From sequence record OL780484.1: a stretch of DNA of 64,000 bases; one strand, 5' to 3'. Shown piece by piece: positions 11,701-22,386 of this stretch (positions are counted from its first letter, which is position 1; every line of letters begins with the position of its first letter). Below the pieces are notes generated by a model. That model worked only from the letters and a program-made list of their open reading frames with translations, did no database searches and was not told where the DNA came from. The translations under genes and the position numbers were made by a program. Source of the stretch: Escherichia phage vB_EcoM-E33.

Positions 11701-11862
11701 AAATAATCTATCGTCGGGAATTTCTACACCCGCATCCTTCGTTTGGGCCAGTTCTACGAAATAATAGAAGTTGGCGCCTACGTCATCCCAAAGAATGCTC
11801 ACATGGTTAGCCGAGAGTTTATCAATTCTCAGACTAGTAACATAAGGCGCTTGTACAGACAT
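8767..11862 (-). CDS. 7: baseplate wedge initiator gp7
   Basis: 1031 aa ORF overlapping the gp8 start by 8 nt; size and position match T4 gp7. Confidence 0.85.
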   Translation of the reverse strand: MSVQAPYVTSLRIDKLSANHVSILWDDVGANFYYFVELAQTKDAGVEIPDDRLFWRNLGYTPNNEWFEEAFISPNSFYKMRVAVAAQGFEQSEWVYTEEFETFSTNAYTFEHMREFTLSNKFIEEKFTKNNQNYVNFNTDAIMASLMTEDFNFTPAYSHLSSISNYVLKADRFHEIQGSIQAVCKDPKRSILMELGGVLYLLERFQSTAKVSNDKGQNWHYIRLFNDRVGNPVSRTAHYQTETTTYVLGYDQIFYGRKSSDIRWSADDVRFSSQDITFAKIGSDIDLPFEIEIFGSYAKLPLPISTIAEAICASDDFIYVAGRDRVYKAKTSEAPIDTDPSSPTYGEKIFESGYSTITGNPKAVCYKLDSIQGHTFALITGEVKEEKMDPTVESNVVDSESKGVYWLDTSTDTWTRVFGNTEEERRRIEHGYTSMSTDGEELFFSSSNFRYEVEVDSELPLEYPEIVTSAVKYVKDEQWIHDKHYLMMSFRSNSKSDFKEFKPGRMAYYAEPFFSWSRRDGTRSWITTSDHAMVVYNDALYQKIIDLNSGSSPERIVHEIWNKGFCKVTSPNIEFNGFKKYSSGMMIHKSTGELVGYFEFDYRVRDEVRVIWKPKEIMFTAELQNQEHEIPWKPKEEVGEQDPDLQPLLVKMIPDSYLLQDSNFEKFCEYYLQFISDGSGTHYNNLLNLIRNQYPREEDSWEYLWSEIYKRNIYLSKEKRDEVVRFFQARQTDFWSTKGTEASYKFLFKLLYNEDVEIDIESKNSIEYDIIVESDNISEDIVGQTIYTPTGRSNVTYIERNYKDGKLQWRLTIHNLLGRFIVGQEIKSERTSFKGMIVQGVRGKELLSNNIDYINRNRSYYVMTIKSNLPTSRYRNDVLRFVHPVGFGFVGITLLSMFVNVGLTLKHTETIINILKNYKWDSGLPSEWYDRVAVIGFDGNIERDPRTGLPVYNVGPKAGEPFDIPADYDAENDFSVFQGQLPHERIKKHSPLFDQSAVTFANWRALVDKRLKDDIGNPRDPKVPTQVKIND

Positions 11863-11889
11863 TAAATCTCCTTAAACCTCCGAAGAGGC

Positions 11890-13848
11890 TTATATTGTAA
11901 TTGGTTCCAACTCTATAGTTGTGTACTGAGGACGAAGGTCATCTTCAAATACGATTAAAGAACCGTCTTTGGTAAAGATGTTGTCTTGGTCTGGCCCTGC
12001 ATAAAGTTCAATAGACTGGACTTCAAAACGGTCGGAAGTAAGGCCTATTGCGGCGATATCCCAGAAAATAAAGTCCGAGTAATAATCAATTTCGCCAATA
12101 ACATAGTAGACCGATTGGTCTGCAGGCGCTGCCATTTTATCGAAGTCATCTCCGGTGTAAGGTTGGATGTATTGGTTTTCAATTACATCGCCAGGTCGGA
12201 AAGGACCTATAACCATTTTACCATCGCCTCGTTCGTCTTTATCTGTGGCAACAATACGTACGTTGTAAGATTTAACAACATCGGATACGTTTGTTGGGAC
12301 GAACTCAAATTCACTAGAAGTTACAGAACGGTTGGTGTATTGATTATAGTATTTAATACCTGCTTCAGGTGTTTTGAAGAAGTTTAATACCTCGCGAACC
12401 ATTGTTACCGTAGCCGAAGAGCCAAGGATACTGTGGTCTGCATTATCAATATAAGTCAGCATTTTAGACTTGGCAAATCCGTGGTTGAATATTTCAACTT
12501 CGTTAATATAATAACGGTCTATTTGGGAAAGGATTTGAGCCGTTAACCATTGTTCGGATTCCTGTAATTTGTTCAGTGCATATGAAACCTTAATTTTATG
12601 CTTCAAGAACAAGTAGTCAGGAGAAATAACCGAAGGGGTAATAGGTGCCAAGTTAAATTCTGAAAGATAATTTTGGATATCTTCGCGTTGAACCGCAGTC
12701 AAATACAATCCTGATTTAGGTTTAATGGTAACAAAGGCATAACCTGGTTTATTTGGGTCTGTAAAGGTTTGTACTGCTTGTACAATAGAACCAAATCGCT
12801 CCGAAACGAATGTATCATAATCTGTACCGGTTACAGCACGCATCTGGGCTTCACGTTTAACTACAGCAAGTTCACGAATACGTTCAATATCTTCAGGGTC
12901 ACCACCACCGTCAGCACCTACATAATCCGGGTTTTCATCGTAGTTTTCTGTAATTTTTTCAACCGTAATATATGCCAAAGAATCCGCATAACTAAAGTCC
13001 ACCGCCCCGTTAGCAACTTCACCGTCTGTACGAAGGTATTCTATAACAATGGTGGCATCTTTAACAGGTTTTAAACCACCAATATAATTAGCTTCTAATA
13101 CCCCACCTGCAACTGATTTTTCAGCAACACCTTCACCAAAGAAGAATTCAGTATTACCATCTACGGTTTCACGCATATAGTAAATTGTTGATGTACTACC
13201 AGCATGAACCATGGATTTATTAGTCCAGTTAGTCCATTCTGCGCCATCGACATAAAGTTTAACTTCCTGTCTATCAATATCCGGGTCACGAATAAGAATA
13301 GGAGTTTTAGGGTCATACTTAAGTTCAGTACGGATAATACGACCTTGTGCTAAAGATACGATAGGAAGATATTGGTTATTAACATCACGTACGGCAATAA
13401 CGTTTTCCGTGGTAACAAAAGCATACGGGTCTGCTGAAGTATCACGGGCATAGGCCAAGAATTTAGTACCACGTGGGATACGAATATTCTTTTCATTCAG
13501 GGCTTGGGTACAGGTCAACATGATACTTGTTTTGGCTGCTGATTTAGAACTTGGCAAATAGCCGTTATCCTGTGCAGCCTGGACGACGGAGGAACGCAAG
13601 TTAGCAGTACCGATGAAAGATTCATATACCGCGGTATTAGCAAACTGCTGCATATACAGGGTGTTGTAAGCTAACATGTCAATCAGGATATTCATTCGCG
13701 AACCAACGAAATCGTAATCCTTAAATTCGTCCTGGCTAGAAAGCCAATCGATAATATTCTTTTTAATCTCTTCAAACGTAGCTCCCACAAATACTTTTGG
13801 GATAGCGTTAACGGTTCTTGTTAATTGGTAATTCGTAGGAGTAGCCAT
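11890..13848 (-). CDS. 6: baseplate wedge protein gp6
   Basis: 652 aa; position upstream of gp7 and length close to T4 gp6 (660 aa). Confidence 0.85.
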   Translation of the reverse strand: MATPTNYQLTRTVNAIPKVFVGATFEEIKKNIIDWLSSQDEFKDYDFVGSRMNILIDMLAYNTLYMQQFANTAVYESFIGTANLRSSVVQAAQDNGYLPSSKSAAKTSIMLTCTQALNEKNIRIPRGTKFLAYARDTSADPYAFVTTENVIAVRDVNNQYLPIVSLAQGRIIRTELKYDPKTPILIRDPDIDRQEVKLYVDGAEWTNWTNKSMVHAGSTSTIYYMRETVDGNTEFFFGEGVAEKSVAGGVLEANYIGGLKPVKDATIVIEYLRTDGEVANGAVDFSYADSLAYITVEKITENYDENPDYVGADGGGDPEDIERIRELAVVKREAQMRAVTGTDYDTFVSERFGSIVQAVQTFTDPNKPGYAFVTIKPKSGLYLTAVQREDIQNYLSEFNLAPITPSVISPDYLFLKHKIKVSYALNKLQESEQWLTAQILSQIDRYYINEVEIFNHGFAKSKMLTYIDNADHSILGSSATVTMVREVLNFFKTPEAGIKYYNQYTNRSVTSSEFEFVPTNVSDVVKSYNVRIVATDKDERGDGKMVIGPFRPGDVIENQYIQPYTGDDFDKMAAPADQSVYYVIGEIDYYSDFIFWDIAAIGLTSDRFEVQSIELYAGPDQDNIFTKDGSLIVFEDDLRPQYTTIELEPITI

Positions 13849-13849
13849 T

Positions 13850-15913
13850 TTAATTCCTAGTAGGAGATTCTAAACAAGGTATGCAAATGGAAAGGGATGG
13901 AAATGCAATCGTTAAACCGAATATTCCCAGCATCTTATTAATCCATTGTACCACCTTACTTAAGGATAATGTTGATATTTGGTTATACATTGATTTGCAC
14001 AAGTCTTTCATTGACCTGGAACCATCAGTAAATTCGTGATATAAAGATTTTGCTTTAGTTACTGAGTTCTCGTATATAACCATGATATCATCTACAGTAG
14101 CTCCGAGCATACCGAGAAGTTCTTCCATTTGAGCCACAATAGGAAGTTTTTTGAATTCTTCTAAAGCCATATCTAATACATCAGAAACGGAGGTTTGACT
14201 TTCGGTAATAGAGTTCTTAATCTGATTATATTTATTCTTTAAAAGTTCGAGTGCAGCTTCAGCTTGTGCTAATGCGGCTTCCTTCTGAGCAGTTAGCTCG
14301 TCTGTAACTTTTTCGTACATTCCTGAAAGATATTGTTTAAATTCAATAGCTTGTTTTTGTACTTCTTGCTTTTTGAGCTTAATCTCATTCCACAGATTGA
14401 GTGCCTGGGTTTTAAGAGCCTCAATCATTGCATAAGCTTCGTCTATTTTCTGGTCTACCTTTTCCATAACCATTTGATAAACATCTGATGCTGTGAATCC
14501 TGGAAAGTTACCGCTCATTATCATGTCCAGTGGTTTAACTTGCTTCATCATTTCCTTGACCGCAGTAATAACGCTCCAAACTGGGTTCGGAACTATAGGA
14601 GGCATACTCCATATTTGAGCGAGGTCTACACACAGTTTTGATAATGCAACACCAGCCATAAGCAATTGAGACCAGGCCCAGTCATACAAGTCTGTAATTG
14701 CATCAATAAGGTCACGCGAATACATCTTGACGCGTTCAACCGAATAATCGTATGCAGACCCAATGGCAGAATAAATCGATTGGATGGTTTCTTCTAAATT
14801 AAAGTTTTTCCATGCTTCTTTTAATTTCTGTACACCATCACCTGAAGTGCAGAGGTCTTCTAGGTCAATAGTCATGCCCATAATAGTAATCGAGGGTAAA
14901 AAGCTTTTAAGTAAGTCCCACCCACCGCCAACAATATTCAAGACCTGTGATATGGCATCTTTAAATGCAAGAAAAGCCATTTGCTGAACATATTGACACA
15001 TAGCAACAGCTGAGTTGCCTAGCTCTTCCATTGCGACCGATAGCTTACTATAACCAGAATCGAAGAATTTTTCCCAATCGGTTCCACCAGATGATGGCCA
15101 TCCAGGGAGCATATCCCAATATAATTTGAATGAATTCCTAGATGTATTCCATGAAGCCATAATCGCATTGGTCAATCCGTTGTAAGGGAATTCCGCTGTA
15201 AAAGGAACACAGCTTATTGCCCTGGCTCGCCCGGTTATTTCTGGCGGTAAAGACCCGATGGATACCGGTCCCGGAATCGGAGTTCCTGGGATACTCATAT
15301 CAACATCTAGATTTAATACCAGTCCAACATAAGTACAAGGTTTTGTCTCATAGTACTTCAAATAAGCCCTGCGGGAGTCACCAAGGCCGTTAAAGTTGAC
15401 ATACATATGATAATCAGCCGTAACTGCAATCATCGTCCTGGGGTCCATTCTGGGGCCTTGTGATGTCCATACACCGCCACAGTTTTCGATGCGATACATA
15501 TCATATTCAATAGATGTTTTATACAATACAGATTTTGATAAATCAGCGCCGTACCAATCATTACCGGGCAAAAGAGTTGCACCAATCGATTCTACATAAT
15601 TTTCTAAATCCAATTGCGTAATAAAGAATATTCCGAGTTTAGCACACCAGATACCTTGACTTGTTCCATCTTCCGGTGGGGGAGGTGCAGGAAAAGTTTC
15701 GGACTTATTACCAAATGGATTTTGTGTGTATAAATGTGTAGCTAGTGGAATAATCTCGGTATCCCATTCAACGCCATTCCCAGGTTGAATAAAAGCACCT
15801 GTTGGGTTATATAATTCCCATTTAACCCGGCGATATTCACCGGGTCCTACTGCGTCATCACAGGGACTTGTTACAGTCCCTACCACTTCATCAACTTTAT
15901 CGTAGTAATTCAT
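13850..15913 (-). CDS. large hypothetical protein in the gene 5.x slot (coiled-coil-rich C-terminal third, hydrophobic C-terminus)
   Basis: ORF track gives 13850-15937 with a GTG start; the ATG at 15913-15911 sits 1 nt after the gp5 stop (TAA-T-ATG) and gives 687 aa; its stop abuts the gp6 start. Confidence 0.7.
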   Translation of the reverse strand: MNYYDKVDEVVGTVTSPCDDAVGPGEYRRVKWELYNPTGAFIQPGNGVEWDTEIIPLATHLYTQNPFGNKSETFPAPPPPEDGTSQGIWCAKLGIFFITQLDLENYVESIGATLLPGNDWYGADLSKSVLYKTSIEYDMYRIENCGGVWTSQGPRMDPRTMIAVTADYHMYVNFNGLGDSRRAYLKYYETKPCTYVGLVLNLDVDMSIPGTPIPGPVSIGSLPPEITGRARAISCVPFTAEFPYNGLTNAIMASWNTSRNSFKLYWDMLPGWPSSGGTDWEKFFDSGYSKLSVAMEELGNSAVAMCQYVQQMAFLAFKDAISQVLNIVGGGWDLLKSFLPSITIMGMTIDLEDLCTSGDGVQKLKEAWKNFNLEETIQSIYSAIGSAYDYSVERVKMYSRDLIDAITDLYDWAWSQLLMAGVALSKLCVDLAQIWSMPPIVPNPVWSVITAVKEMMKQVKPLDMIMSGNFPGFTASDVYQMVMEKVDQKIDEAYAMIEALKTQALNLWNEIKLKKQEVQKQAIEFKQYLSGMYEKVTDELTAQKEAALAQAEAALELLKNKYNQIKNSITESQTSVSDVLDMALEEFKKLPIVAQMEELLGMLGATVDDIMVIYENSVTKAKSLYHEFTDGSRSMKDLCKSMYNQISTLSLSKVVQWINKMLGIFGLTIAFPSLSICIPCLESPTRN

Positions 15914-15914
15914 A

Positions 15915-17702
15915 TTAACCGACCTGTACGTTGCCACCAGATACTTTAGCTAATGAACCGCCATCCATATGCACAGTATTTGATGCGTTTAAATTAATGT
16001 TCGTCGCTGCAAAATTTAAATCTTGTTCGACATTTACATCCATATTTTGAGCATTGATTGTGGCCTTTTGTTTAACGCTTATATCTGCATTCTGGTTGAC
16101 ATTAACTGTTGTATCTTTTTCAACCGTAATATATGCTTCTTGTTCAACAGTTATATCAGCAGTACCCATAATAACTATTTTAACATTTCCTTTAACAAGC
16201 AGAGTTCCATTACCTTCTACAGTTTTGGTTTCATTCCCTCGAATATGAATGCTTTCAGACCCATCAGTTTGACGGCGCACGTTTGCCATATTATAATAGG
16301 TTTCATCGCCACCAACGTTGACTTTATTATTACCACCAACATAAGTATTTGAATCGCCTTGGGTCATATAATAACCATCGGCTACCGTCTTAGAAGTTTT
16401 ACGTCCATCAGGAGCAACTTCTTCATAACTACCGGTAGGATGGATTAAACGGTATCGTTCTTGCCCTGGGGTATTATCGAATTCTTGGATATGCCCGCCT
16501 TCAGTTTGCATGGTTTGGACATATGGATATTCGCCTTTATAACTAGAATCAGGTTCTTTAAAAAGAATCCTTGTGTCTTCTGGAGTCCACGGGTCGGCAG
16601 GGTCTGAATTTGTAGGGGCCACAAAGGTTTGAATCATTCTATACGAACGGCCATTAAATGACCTTTCTTTAGGGGCCATAATACCATATGATTCCATGTT
16701 ACCTGTGAGGATAATCATTGACACCCTTGATGCGCGACCTTTAGTTTGGTTAAACCATACTGAATTACGAGCTTCCTCAAATGCCTTTTTATAATCGCCT
16801 ATTAGCATTGCACTAAGCATTCCACGGAATTTAGCCAATCCACCTAATCCCATTTGGAAAGCCATGTTTTCAAGAGCCATTTGTCTTGAACGGTTTTCTT
16901 TATTGTAAACAGGACCTACAACACTATGCCGACCTATATCGTTTTGGACTTTTTTAAGGTCTTCTTGGAATAATTTAGAAGCCTCATCCATTGATATTGC
17001 ACCAGGGTTGCCTTTAACTTCTCGTCCTACCTGATTAGATAATATTTTGTTTATTCGATTCATATCTCTAATAGGTTGTGGTGTGATAAGGTGGCCTATA
17101 CCTATAGTAGGATAACCTTCGGTATCCCAATATACCTTCAGTCTAAGCCCTTCATCACGATGAAGCATGTTTTCTATTGTGAAATTAGGATTATCGTCTG
17201 GTTTGACTTGACTTAAATCCAACCCGTCAGGATTAATACCTACATCAGTGTTTGCATCTTGTATTACGTTAGAAGTGGCATCGTATCCAACTTCACCACC
17301 TCGGTTTAAAGCAGCAGCATCGTTACCTAAATAAAGCGGATATTGGCCTGTAGGGTCACTAAACCCTTCATTAGGATTAGCCTTCTGTCTTGAAGCGGAA
17401 CCGTATGTACCAAGGACAAGTCCGTTTAATTTCCACTTATCAAGAAAGTGACCATAAACTTGTGTACCGGGGACCATACCAGTCATAGCGGTTTGGATAC
17501 CTGAAACAGAGGCAGAAGATGTAGGCATTAATACCGACATCCATGGTAAATCTTCTGTACGAAGGCCTTTTACAGGGCCTTGTACTTTTTCATATGGATG
17601 CATACCCCATACGCGCACGCGTACTCGGCCTTGTTGGAGTGGGTCCATACGGTCTTCAACCACCCCTACGAACCAACTGACATTATCAGACATGTTAATC
17701 AT
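15915..17702 (-). CDS. 5: baseplate hub/cell-puncturing spike with lysozyme domain gp5
   Basis: 595 aa; N-terminal WFVGVVEDRMDP; lysozyme motif DEGL..WDTEGYPTIGIGH; C-terminal repetitive VxVxQ beta-helix segment. Confidence 0.92.
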   Translation of the reverse strand: MINMSDNVSWFVGVVEDRMDPLQQGRVRVRVWGMHPYEKVQGPVKGLRTEDLPWMSVLMPTSSASVSGIQTAMTGMVPGTQVYGHFLDKWKLNGLVLGTYGSASRQKANPNEGFSDPTGQYPLYLGNDAAALNRGGEVGYDATSNVIQDANTDVGINPDGLDLSQVKPDDNPNFTIENMLHRDEGLRLKVYWDTEGYPTIGIGHLITPQPIRDMNRINKILSNQVGREVKGNPGAISMDEASKLFQEDLKKVQNDIGRHSVVGPVYNKENRSRQMALENMAFQMGLGGLAKFRGMLSAMLIGDYKKAFEEARNSVWFNQTKGRASRVSMIILTGNMESYGIMAPKERSFNGRSYRMIQTFVAPTNSDPADPWTPEDTRILFKEPDSSYKGEYPYVQTMQTEGGHIQEFDNTPGQERYRLIHPTGSYEEVAPDGRKTSKTVADGYYMTQGDSNTYVGGNNKVNVGGDETYYNMANVRRQTDGSESIHIRGNETKTVEGNGTLLVKGNVKIVIMGTADITVEQEAYITVEKDTTVNVNQNADISVKQKATINAQNMDVNVEQDLNFAATNINLNASNTVHMDGGSLAKVSGGNVQVG

Positions 17703-18301
17703 AGCGCTTTTTCCATTTCTCTAATTAAAGCGGAAACAAAGGACTCGATGTCATTAGGGTCTATAATCTTTATTTCGCGCTTATATTCATTTTTACGAAT
17801 GGCGTCCTCGTAAATATCTACTGCAGCCAAAGGACCTTCATATTGAGGATAACGTTTTTCTGTATCACCTTTATCGTACCAAGTATAAGGATTTTCCGGA
17901 GTATTTACTAGATTCCAGAATTTCTCACCCTTTTCATTGACATGATAAAGGACTTGGTTTCCGCCTGCAGTAGCATAACGTTGAATAGCTGCTTGATACG
18001 CAGATTCTTGGCCTGTAATCCAGCCGTAATAAGGGTCATAGATATTGTTACACATTAAAAGGACCCAATATAATTGCACGTTACCATAAAGTTGATGGGC
18101 TAATTCTTCTGGACGAGGGGCCCCACTGATATAATATGTTTTAAGTGTATAATTTTTAGCCACTTTATCAAAATATTCTTTATAGTTTCTAAATATATCA
18201 GTCATCGGTACGCTCAGTACATCGGCATCAGTTAATGAGCCCGAATCCGGCTTGACTGTTTTTGATTCATAATTGATAGGATCGAAAAATGAGAAGAGCA
18301 T
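17699..18301 (-). CDS. 53: baseplate wedge protein gp53
   Basis: 200 aa; MLFSFFDPI..MTDIFRNYKEYF..YWVLLMCNNIYDPYYGWITGQE match T4 gp53. Confidence 0.9.
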   Translation of the reverse strand: MLFSFFDPINYESKTVKPDSGSLTDADVLSVPMTDIFRNYKEYFDKVAKNYTLKTYYISGAPRPEELAHQLYGNVQLYWVLLMCNNIYDPYYGWITGQESAYQAAIQRYATAGGNQVLYHVNEKGEKFWNLVNTPENPYTWYDKGDTEKRYPQYEGPLAAVDIYEDAIRKNEYKREIKIIDPNDIESFVSALIREMEKAL

Positions 18302-18346
18302 AGTGCCTCCGAGTATAAATAATATTAATATTTATAAGGAGGCACT
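18302..18346. promoter_or_regulatory. divergent late promoters (TATAAATA on both strands) inside a palindrome
   Basis: Plus TATAAATA at 18314-18321; minus TATAAATA (plus tatttata) at 18329-18336; flanked by inverted repeat agtgcctcc / ggaggcact that carries the Shine-Dalgarno (SD) sequence of each divergent gene. Confidence 0.6.
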
Positions 18347-18796
18347 ATGGCCTACTCAGGGAAATTTAAACCTACAAACTTACAAAAATATAAAGGTGAT
18401 TGGAAGAAAATCCAATATCGTTCCTCTTGGGAAGCATGGCTTATGCGTTGGCTTGACAACCATCCTAATGTCGTCCAGTGGAACTCGGAAGAGGTTGTGA
18501 TTCCATATTTTAGTAACGCTGATGGAAAGAAACGTCGGTATTTTATGGACTTCTGGGTGAAGTTCGACAATGGTCAACAATTCTTTTTCGAAGTCAAACC
18601 TTTTAAAGAGACCCATCCTCCAGCGGCGCCTGCTAAAATGACTACAGCTGCTAAAAAGAGATATATCAACGAACATTATACATGGAGTGTAAATAAAGAT
18701 AAATGGAAAGCTGCTAAAGCTACAGCAGATAAAATGGGAATTAATTTCAGATTGATTACCGAAAACTCACTGAAAAAATTAGGATGGAAAGGATGA
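18347..18796 (+). CDS. 4: head completion protein gp4
   Basis: 149 aa; [41 protein letters not shown] match T4 gp4. Confidence 0.88.
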   Translation: MAYSGKFKPTNLQKYKGDWKKIQYRSSWEAWLMRWLDNHPNVVQWNSEEVVIPYFSNADGKKRRYFMDFWVKFDNGQQFFFEVKPFKETHPPAAPAKMTTAAKKRYINEHYTWSVNKDKWKAAKATADKMGINFRLITENSLKKLGWKG

Positions 18797-19620
18797 GTAT
18801 ATTTTCTTACATCAACGAGGCTACTGAAACTACAAAAGGTTCCAAGCCTACTCGTTCAGAACAACAATGGATAACTTTAGGCGTTGAATATGCCAACGCT
18901 AAGGCTAAAGGTGTTTCGGCTAAGAAATTCGCTGAAGATAAAGGCATCAAGTATTCTAGCTTTACATCTGCGATGTCTCGATACTCGAGTCGAATTAAAA
19001 CTGCTGTACAGGTTGAAAAACTTCAGAAGAAACCTGGCAATAAATTAACCAAAGCAGAACGTCAATTAATTTTGGTGAATAGTTTTAGAAAGAGTATTCG
19101 CGATAAGATTGCTAACGAAGGCGCTGCCGTAAACAATAAATCAGCTAAATGGTTTACAGAAACATTAAAGAAAGGAATTCGTGGACACCAGGTATCTAAA
19201 CCGTCTCCTGGTAAGCTTTATGCTTATATCTATGATGCCAAACATAAGGATACCCTACCATACTGGGACAAATATCCTTTAATAATTTATCTTGGGTTAG
19301 GTAAGCATAATTTAATGTACGGACTGAACTTACACTATATTCCACCTAAAGCACGTCAGCAATTTCTGGAAGAATTGCTGAAGCAATACGCGAGTACGCC
19401 TACCATTACGAACTCGACTAAATTAAAAATCGATTGGAGTAAGGTAAAAGGATTCGCTGGCGCCGACGTGATGATTAAGGCTTATATCCCTGGAAATATT
19501 AAGGGACCTTTAGTAGAGATAAAACCGTCTGATTGGGCTAATGTAATAGGATTACCACTTCAGCAATTTGTATCGAAAGGTAAGCGTTATTCAGCTCAGA
19601 AAGTTTGGAAGAAGGCATAA
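18784..19620 (+). CDS. 2: probable gp2 (DNA end protector), assigned by position
   Basis: 278 aa basic protein between gp4 and gp3, size close to T4 gp2; alternative start ATG 18793 overlaps the gp4 stop (ATGA); no motif recognised. Confidence 0.55.
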   Translation: MERMSIFSYINEATETTKGSKPTRSEQQWITLGVEYANAKAKGVSAKKFAEDKGIKYSSFTSAMSRYSSRIKTAVQVEKLQKKPGNKLTKAERQLILVNSFRKSIRDKIANEGAAVNNKSAKWFTETLKKGIRGHQVSKPSPGKLYAYIYDAKHKDTLPYWDKYPLIIYLGLGKHNLMYGLNLHYIPPKARQQFLEELLKQYASTPTITNSTKLKIDWSKVKGFAGADVMIKAYIPGNIKGPLVEIKPSDWANVIGLPLQQFVSKGKRYSAQKVWKKA

Positions 19621-20270
19621 TGAATTACCAGAAAATATATTCTTCATTAATTACACGTGCTCAAGGACGAGCACTATCCTGTTATACCGAATCTCATCAT
19701 ATTTTACCTAGATGTATGGGTGGAGGTGATGAATCTACAAACTTAGTTGATTTAACTCCTGAAGAACATTATTTAGCACATCAACTATTAGTTAAAATGC
19801 ATCCAGGACATCCTGGTCTAACTTTTGCAGCTATGACAATGACTCAAGGCCCTCGTCGTTCTAATAAGCTTTACGGCTGGCTTAAACGTAAGCACTCTGA
19901 GAATATCACAGCAACCCAAACAGGAAAGGTTTATTATAATAATGGCAAGAAGTGTATTAAGCTGTTTCCGGGTGAACCGATTCCTGAAGGATTTGTAAAG
20001 GGACGAGGATGGAGTCCTACAAAAGGAACCACTCATGATAGGAATAATGGCCGTTTTGCCAATAAAGAACTCCAAGCGGAGCTTTCTAAACGGAGATGGG
20101 ATAAAGCCAGAAAGGAAACTTGTGAACAATTTGGTGTGGATACTATAGAAGAGGCCAAGGATATGGTTCGGGCATTTAAAGCTACATGCCACGAAAGATA
20201 CTGGATAAAACCAACTATAGCCAAATGGCCTTTTATGACACCAGTAAGACTACGTGAATTTATAAAATAA
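19620..20270 (+). CDS. HNH homing endonuclease (free-standing), copy 1
   Basis: YTESHHILPRCMGGGDESTNLVDLTPEEHYLAH is an HNH motif; start taken at ATG 19620 overlapping the gp2 stop (TAATG); ORF track start 19605. Confidence 0.8.
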   Translation: MNYQKIYSSLITRAQGRALSCYTESHHILPRCMGGGDESTNLVDLTPEEHYLAHQLLVKMHPGHPGLTFAAMTMTQGPRRSNKLYGWLKRKHSENITATQTGKVYYNNGKKCIKLFPGEPIPEGFVKGRGWSPTKGTTHDRNNGRFANKELQAELSKRRWDKARKETCEQFGVDTIEEAKDMVRAFKATCHERYWIKPTIAKWPFMTPVRLREFIK

Positions 20271-20352
20271 TCTATTATCCCAGCCAGTTATTGAATGGAA
20301 CAGACCTAGGACCATTATACACTGTCTGGGACTTAAGCAATATAGGAACCCT

Positions 20353-20943
20353 ATGAACGGTTTATTTAACCAAACTAACACTACTAACTTTATCTTAGAG
20401 GTTAGTGACGCAGGAATGACACAGGCATTCAAATTGAACGTACAAGATGTAACACTACCGGGTATCCATATTCCGGTCTCAGACGTCCCAGGATCGACCC
20501 AGGGCATACATCGTGCTAAGCTGCCAGGTTCTACTGTAGAATTCGACCCATTGATTGTGAACTTTCTTGTGGACCGTGAATTGAAATCATGGCTTGATGT
20601 TTATAAGTGGATGTTGTCATTAAACAACTATGTAACCCATGATTCAGAAGCCTGGCACCCTAAAGGACAACCGGAAGCTATCACCCTCCACATCCTTGAT
20701 AACAACAAACAAAAAATCGTAATGAGCATTCATTACTACGGTGGTTGGCCATCCGACCTCTCGGAAATCCAGTACTCTTATAAAGAGGATTCTGACCCGG
20801 CGATAATCGCCACAGCAACATTCAACTTCAAATCGTTTGCTGTAGAAATAGATGGTACAATAGTTACAGGTCGTCCACAAATTGATTCGTATGCCGAACA
20901 ACGAGTGGCTCGTATGTCTATGCATCCATCTATGAGAAAATAA
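20353..20943 (+). CDS. 3: probable gp3 (tail tube terminator), assigned by position
   Basis: 196 aa ORF between gp2 and gp1 as in T4; no motif recognised. Confidence 0.5.
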   Translation: MNGLFNQTNTTNFILEVSDAGMTQAFKLNVQDVTLPGIHIPVSDVPGSTQGIHRAKLPGSTVEFDPLIVNFLVDRELKSWLDVYKWMLSLNNYVTHDSEAWHPKGQPEAITLHILDNNKQKIVMSIHYYGGWPSDLSEIQYSYKEDSDPAIIATATFNFKSFAVEIDGTIVTGRPQIDSYAEQRVARMSMHPSMRK

Positions 20944-21693
20944 TGAAACTAATATCAATTGTAGGAATCAAACGTAGCGGTAAGGATACCGTTGCTAACT
21001 ATGTAATCGAAAATATGGATTCGGTAAAATTTCAGCTCGCAGGTCCTATTAAAAAGTATCTGGCTGAAGCCTATGAATACATCTCTGATGACCCTGTATT
21101 CGACCGTAGTTACATGCCTAAACTAGATTTTAACTGTTTTGAAGGTATCGGTTACGACCGTGAAGAAATCCTTCCTTTAAAACCAGATGATGTGATTGAT
21201 ATCTTTGAACATGCTATTGTCAAACTGAATAATATCCTTCCTATTCCAGGAATTGATACCGTAACTACGTATCATTATGGTCCTACCATTCAATATCTGT
21301 CTGAAGAAACAAAAGACCAACTGTTTGAAGTAATAAATAAAAATAACAATTGGTCAGTACGTCGTCTCATGCAGACCCTTGGGACTGATATTATTGTTAA
21401 CCAATTTGATAAGATGTATTGGGTTAAGTTGTTCGCTTTAGACTATTTTGATAAAATATACTCTGATGCGAAATACTATGTCGTACCTGATGTTCGTCAA
21501 ACACACGAAATTGATTCGCTCAGAGCGATGGGTGCTACGATTATTCATGTAGTTCGCGCTGAAACCGGTCAAGTACAAGACTCGCACATCACTGAAGCGG
21601 GTCTACCAATTTTACCCGGTGACGTTGTTATTGAAAATAACGGCACTCTTTCTGAACTATACACCACTATTGATAAATTATTAGGAAATAAAA

Positions 21694-21701
<8 letters not shown>
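20943..21701 (+). CDS. 1: deoxynucleoside monophosphate kinase gp1
   Basis: 252 aa; VGIKRSGKDT, KFQLAGPIKK, WSVRRLMQTLGTDIIVNQFDKMYWVKLFALDY, HITEAGLP match T4 gp1. Confidence 0.92.
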
Positions 21702-22379
<678 letters not shown>

Positions 22380-22386
22380 GAACAAA

